Shown: positions 60,518 to 64,000 of the stretch, in pieces
Position numbering within the stretch: the first letter of the stretch is position 1
Layout: every line of letters begins with the position of its first letter
NCBI GenBank assembly: GCA_963759765.1
Contig: CAVXAL010000002.1
Span: forward strand, 621,710-685,709
Direction of reading: 5' to 3'
DNA length: 64,000 bases
DNA from: Candidatus Aminicenantes bacterium
Lineage (GTDB): Bacteria; Acidobacteriota; Aminicenantia; UBA2199
Made by a program: the position numbers and the translations under genes
The notes under the pieces: model-generated
Seen by the model: only the letters and a program-made list of their open reading frames with translations
Told to the model about the DNA's origin: nothing
Database searches by the model: none

Positions 60518-61885
60518 TCAGTCTCTCTTGAGGTTGGCCCGCTGCAGCAGGGGGCGGCCGAAGTAGTCGATCTCCAAACCGTCCAGCGTTTTCTTCACAT
60601 AGAGGGAAAAATTTTTCTGAAACAGCGGCAGGATGAAGCCGTCCTGGATGATGGTTTCACTGATCTTGGCCACCTGCTCGGCAAGCAACTGGGAGTCGTG
60701 GCTTCCCTCAAGTTCGGCCAGTTCGCTGAGCAGGCGCAGGTATTTCTCGTTAAACCGGGAGAAGCTCAATTCCTTAAGAATCAGGCTGATCTTTTCTTCG
60801 GCACTGGTCTTTTTCTGAAAGACCTTGTCGATCAAGATGATCTTGACGGCAGCACTGTTCAGGGAACTCTTCAACTGGGCGTCATCGATGAAAACGGGCT
60901 CCAGTTTGAGCCGGCTCTGCCCCAGAAAACGGCGCAGGTCGGATTCCAGGCCGGAGAGCGATGAAAGGACATGGAGCTTGGCATCAAAATTTTTCAGGAC
61001 GGCAATGACCTTCTGCGGGGCCAGGGGCTTGATCTCCACGGATATCGGCGATTCGGCGTCGCTGGTCAGGGCATGCAGCGGGCTGAACGGCGAGCCGCCG
61101 GTCTGGTTGAATTGCTGCAGCAGGGTGTAGAGGGCGACGCGGGTGTTCTGCCCGATGCCGGCTTGGGGAAAGCAGAGGTAGATATTCTGGTAGATGCCGG
61201 AATTGGATTCCCCGTAATCGTTCTGGAACGGCGCTTGGCCCGGTGGACCGAGAAACAGGTCGGCATTGGCGCCGGCCTCAAAAACCACCTTCACCGTGTC
61301 CAGGTAGGGACGTCCGCCGGGATAAAAGGGGTTGGCGCTGAGTGTGATGTAGCGGCTTTTCAGCCATTCGCTGGGGAAAAAGGGACCGGAAAATGCCTGT
61401 TCGCTGTCGGTCAACACGACCAGCTCCGGTTCGCAGAGCAGGCTGAGAATATCGGGGGTGTCCGCGAGCAGTTCGATGAGCATGCGCCCGTTATCCTGGC
61501 GGATGTTCTTCAGGATTTTGGCCAAGCGGCTGGCCGACAGCAGATCGCTGTGCAAGAAGATGTTCAAAGACGTCTGGATGTGGTCGGGCGTGATCGGCTT
61601 GCCGTTGGAAAAACTCAGATTATCCTTGAGCACCAGGGTGAGCGTGCGGGTTTTGCCGTCGTAGGCGTACTCCTTGAAAATATGGGAAACGATCCCGCCG
61701 CTTTCCTGCAAGAAGAAGAAATTCTCATAGATCAGGGAATACAGGATGAGGTTGGAGTAGCTGGAATTGTTGAGTGAAAAGGAGGAGGGCTCGTCCAGTT
61801 TGATGCTGAGGCTGCCGCCGTAGCGCGGCTTGCTGGCGAAAACCAGCAAGAGCGGCAGCAGCAGTGCGAGAATTTTTCTATTCAT
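60518..61885 (-). CDS. ABC transporter substrate-binding protein, family 5 (peptide/nickel-type) - tentative
   Basis: Signal peptide; GGSLSIKLDEPSSF, YSLIYENFF, FSNGKPITPDHIQTSL resemble SBP_bac_5 N-terminal blocks. Confidence 0.55.
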   Translation of the reverse strand: MNRKILALLLPLLLVFASKPRYGGSLSIKLDEPSSFSLNNSSYSNLILYSLIYENFFFLQESGGIVSHIFKEYAYDGKTRTLTLVLKDNLSFSNGKPITPDHIQTSLNIFLHSDLLSASRLAKILKNIRQDNGRMLIELLADTPDILSLLCEPELVVLTDSEQAFSGPFFPSEWLKSRYITLSANPFYPGGRPYLDTVKVVFEAGANADLFLGPPGQAPFQNDYGESNSGIYQNIYLCFPQAGIGQNTRVALYTLLQQFNQTGGSPFSPLHALTSDAESPISVEIKPLAPQKVIAVLKNFDAKLHVLSSLSGLESDLRRFLGQSRLKLEPVFIDDAQLKSSLNSAAVKIILIDKVFQKKTSAEEKISLILKELSFSRFNEKYLRLLSELAELEGSHDSQLLAEQVAKISETIIQDGFILPLFQKNFSLYVKKTLDGLEIDYFGRPLLQRANLKRD

Positions 61886-63230
61886 GCGGTTCGCCCCAGA
61901 ACTGCAGGGTATAGGTGGGATAACCGTTGACTTGCGAAAAGAGATAGAGCCAGAATCCCTGCCGCTGCAGCCAGGAACCGGCCGTCAGAAAAACGATTTC
62001 GCCGGCCAGAGGTTTTTCGAAGGCCAGCCTCATCCCGCCGTCGCGTACATCGTAAAGGAAGAGCCGGTCGGCGGCGCGGGAATAATCGCTGACCGCCAGC
62101 CAGCGGTTATCCAGCAGAGCCAGGGTCGCCCCGCGCTTGACATCCTTTGCCGGCGGGGGAATGGCGGCCAGGTTGCTTCCCAGCAGGCGCTGGCGGTAGG
62201 AGAGGTCGATCAGGTGCACAGCCTGCAGCTCTCCTTGCGGGGCGTAGATGGCACAGGTGAAGAAGGGGAAAATTTTCTTTTCCAGGAGTCCCACTGCATC
62301 CATTCGGCCCTCGGCAAAGGGCATGAACGTCAGGGTGTCGCTGAAATAATTTTTTCCGAGTTCATAATGGCCGCCCACCAGATAAGGCCGACCGTTGAGA
62401 TTCAGGGTCCGGAATGGGATGAAGCCGAGAGAAGGCAGCGGCTGCCACTGGCTGTTACGCCCGGCAAAGAGCAGGCAGCGGGGGGAGAAGTTGCCGCCGG
62501 CGGCCAGGACCGGGACGCTGCCGGCGTCAAACAGGGCGAGACGACCCTCATAGCCGAGGACCGGATAATAGGGCCGCTCCCAGGTCAGTTTGAGGGCGGA
62601 CTGTTTTTCCAGCCGTCCGGATGCCCCATGATAAATGAGAATTTCTTCCGGGTAGAAGAAAAAATAGAGGGGCTGGCCATCGTTGCCGCTGAAGCTGCCA
62701 ATATCCAGCAAGTCTTTTTTGGCCCCCATCTCCAGCACTTTGACAAAACCGGTCTCGCTGAATCCGAATTCGCTGGTGTTGAGGAGATCGGTTTCACCGG
62801 CGGTCAGCTCGCTTTCGGCGTATGCCAGGTCGACGATTTTATCCAAGCGCCGGGAAAAAATCGCCAGGCCCAAACCGACCCGGTTCCGGTTCTGGGTGAA
62901 TTTGAGGTAGATCAGGTAATTGCACGTGTCTGCCTGGCTGACATTGAACTGGGCCCGGTTGTGGCTAAAATCGACCAGCAGGTCCAGGAAGACAAGGGTT
63001 TTTTCGCTCTCCAGCTGGGACAGCAGCAGCTGGTAAATCTTTTGCATTGCCAGATCGCCCAACGCTGAGAAATTCTCCAGTTTCACCACCGCCACACGGG
63101 GGGAGATCTTGTCTTGGAAGAATTGTTTGATGCGGGTGGCGGTCGATTGAACCAGGGCATCGAGGCTCTGACTCCCCAGGTGAACGGCGAGAGTCAGAGT
63201 GAGGACGCCCCACCACCATTGTCGTTTCAT
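61878..63230 (-). CDS. secreted hypothetical protein (450 aa)
   Basis: Signal peptide MKRQWWWGVLTLTLAV; no recognisable domain. Confidence 0.5.
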   Translation of the reverse strand: MKRQWWWGVLTLTLAVHLGSQSLDALVQSTATRIKQFFQDKISPRVAVVKLENFSALGDLAMQKIYQLLLSQLESEKTLVFLDLLVDFSHNRAQFNVSQADTCNYLIYLKFTQNRNRVGLGLAIFSRRLDKIVDLAYAESELTAGETDLLNTSEFGFSETGFVKVLEMGAKKDLLDIGSFSGNDGQPLYFFFYPEEILIYHGASGRLEKQSALKLTWERPYYPVLGYEGRLALFDAGSVPVLAAGGNFSPRCLLFAGRNSQWQPLPSLGFIPFRTLNLNGRPYLVGGHYELGKNYFSDTLTFMPFAEGRMDAVGLLEKKIFPFFTCAIYAPQGELQAVHLIDLSYRQRLLGSNLAAIPPPAKDVKRGATLALLDNRWLAVSDYSRAADRLFLYDVRDGGMRLAFEKPLAGEIVFLTAGSWLQRQGFWLYLFSQVNGYPTYTLQFWGEPHE

Positions 63231-63240
63231 GGGTTGGGTC

Positions 63241-64000
63241 TTATGGCTTTTTTTTCAGACTGATGATCAGGTTGAGATTGATCTTGATTTCGTCTTTGAA
63301 TTCGGGCAGCTGGATACTGATAGGGATGTCGACATTCTTCACCGCTGGAGCCGCAGACGGGACATCGCTCTTACTGATTTTAGCGCTGGGCTTGATATCG
63401 GAAAGGCCGAAGGAATCCACCTGATCCAGATCTTCGTAAGGTGAAATCTTTTCCGGTGTCACTTGATTGGAGGGTTCGCCGGCCGTTTCATGGGGGTTTT
63501 CCAGGTTGAAAATCTCCTCGTCGCCGAAGGTTTGGAACACCTCGGTATCGGGAACTTCCATTAACGGGGAAGACAGTTCGAACACATCGCCGTTGCCGCG
63601 AGGCGGTGCGGCGGGCGCGGGGCGTTCCTGGGCGCGCTTCTTCTCCTCCGCTCGAGGTATCGTCCTGGGCGCGCTGGCGGTGATTTCCTCCCGGGAAAAC
63701 ATGACCGTCTTGTCTTTTTGGAATATGGAGAGCTTGTTTTTGAGATGGATGATGACCAGTTTGATGATGGCGTGCAGACCTTCCAGCACGTTTTCGCCTT
63801 TGGTGGCAACGGTGGGGAAGAACGATTTGTTGTCGGGATTGAGATCGCGGTTGAGGGTATCGCTGGGCATAATCTCCTTCAGGTCGCGCTTGTTGTACTG
63901 GAAGATGATCGGGACTTCATTATAATCGATGTTGTTCAGGCGCAGGTTCTTCTTGAGGTTGTTGAAGCTCTCCAGGTTCTGTTCGCGGGCAACCGCTTGA
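63241..64000 (-). CDS. MglA/Ras-like small GTPase, 5' end beyond window, with ~150-aa low-complexity C-terminal extension
   Basis: Frame open to window end; translation of 63871..64000 gives ...NIDYNEVPIIFQYNKRDL... (G4 NKxD motif) then ...ATKGENVLEGLHAIIKLVI (G5-like); tail is Pro/Ser/Glu-rich. Confidence 0.55.
   Translation of the reverse strand, partial: QAVAREQNLESFNNLKKNLRLNNIDYNEVPIIFQYNKRDLKEIMPSDTLNRDLNPDNKSFFPTVATKGENVLEGLHAIIKLVIIHLKNKLSIFQKDKTVMFSREEITASAPRTIPRAEEKKRAQERPAPAAPPRGNGDVFELSSPLMEVPDTEVFQTFGDEEIFNLENPHETAGEPSNQVTPEKISPYEDLDQVDSFGLSDIKPSAKISKSDVPSAAPAVKNVDIPISIQLPEFKDEIKINLNLIISLKKKP

Overview
64 kb high-GC (~60%) bacterial chromosomal segment, densely packed with housekeeping genes on both strands. 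I had no search tools, so every family call rests on motifs recognised by eye. No rRNA, tRNA or CRISPR array was found.

Main units, in order:
- acyl-CoA mutase large-subunit gene with a DUF3795 Cys-rich gene
- patatin phospholipase divergent from a ParB-like gene
- thiS-thiF-rlmN
- purA
- a partner-switching module (STAS antagonist, RsbW-like kinase, GAF-PP2C phosphatase)
- ndk
- pstS preceded by 3x11-bp direct repeats (Pho-box candidate)
- xerC/D-type recombinase
- archaeal-type phosphoglycerate mutase
- Ser/Thr kinase
- grpE-dnaK-dnaJ
- htpX and bfr
- a glycan/lipid cluster: GT4, Glf-like, WecA-like, GT2, serine-palmitoyltransferase-like, SDR epimerase
- Rrf2 regulator
- maf
- an operon of a deoxynucleoside-kinase-like gene plus two tandem ThyX-like genes with degenerate motifs, driven by a textbook sigma70 promoter
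- site-2 protease
- trpS-scpA-scpB-hisC-lpdA
- an ECF sigma/anti-sigma pair followed by a 637-aa ExbD-like/2xTonB_C/Gly-rich/M23-peptidase fusion
- ispB-CYTH-NTP transferase-GAF-pyrE
- gmd plus a cupin gene
- etfBA
- a truncated MglA-like GTPase gene at the window end

Two things stand out.

1. A 1.7 kb AT-rich (~33% GC) island at 9040-10745 is inserted exactly at the 3' end of purA and flanked by a 16-17 nt imperfect direct repeat. It carries three tightly coupled genes with no recognisable family (the first possibly TIGR04255-like); I propose it as a candidate horizontally acquired toxin/immunity or defence cassette.

2. At least eleven otherwise conserved genes (aminotransferase, rsbU-like, STAS, dnaJ, wecA-like, trpS, scpA, hisC, gmd, etfA) are broken by single-base frameshifts. 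These are clustered, with about one indel per 100-200 nt in trpS-scpA and gmd, while neighbours such as scpB, lpdA and dnaK are intact. This pattern most likely reflects assembly indel errors rather than real pseudogenes.
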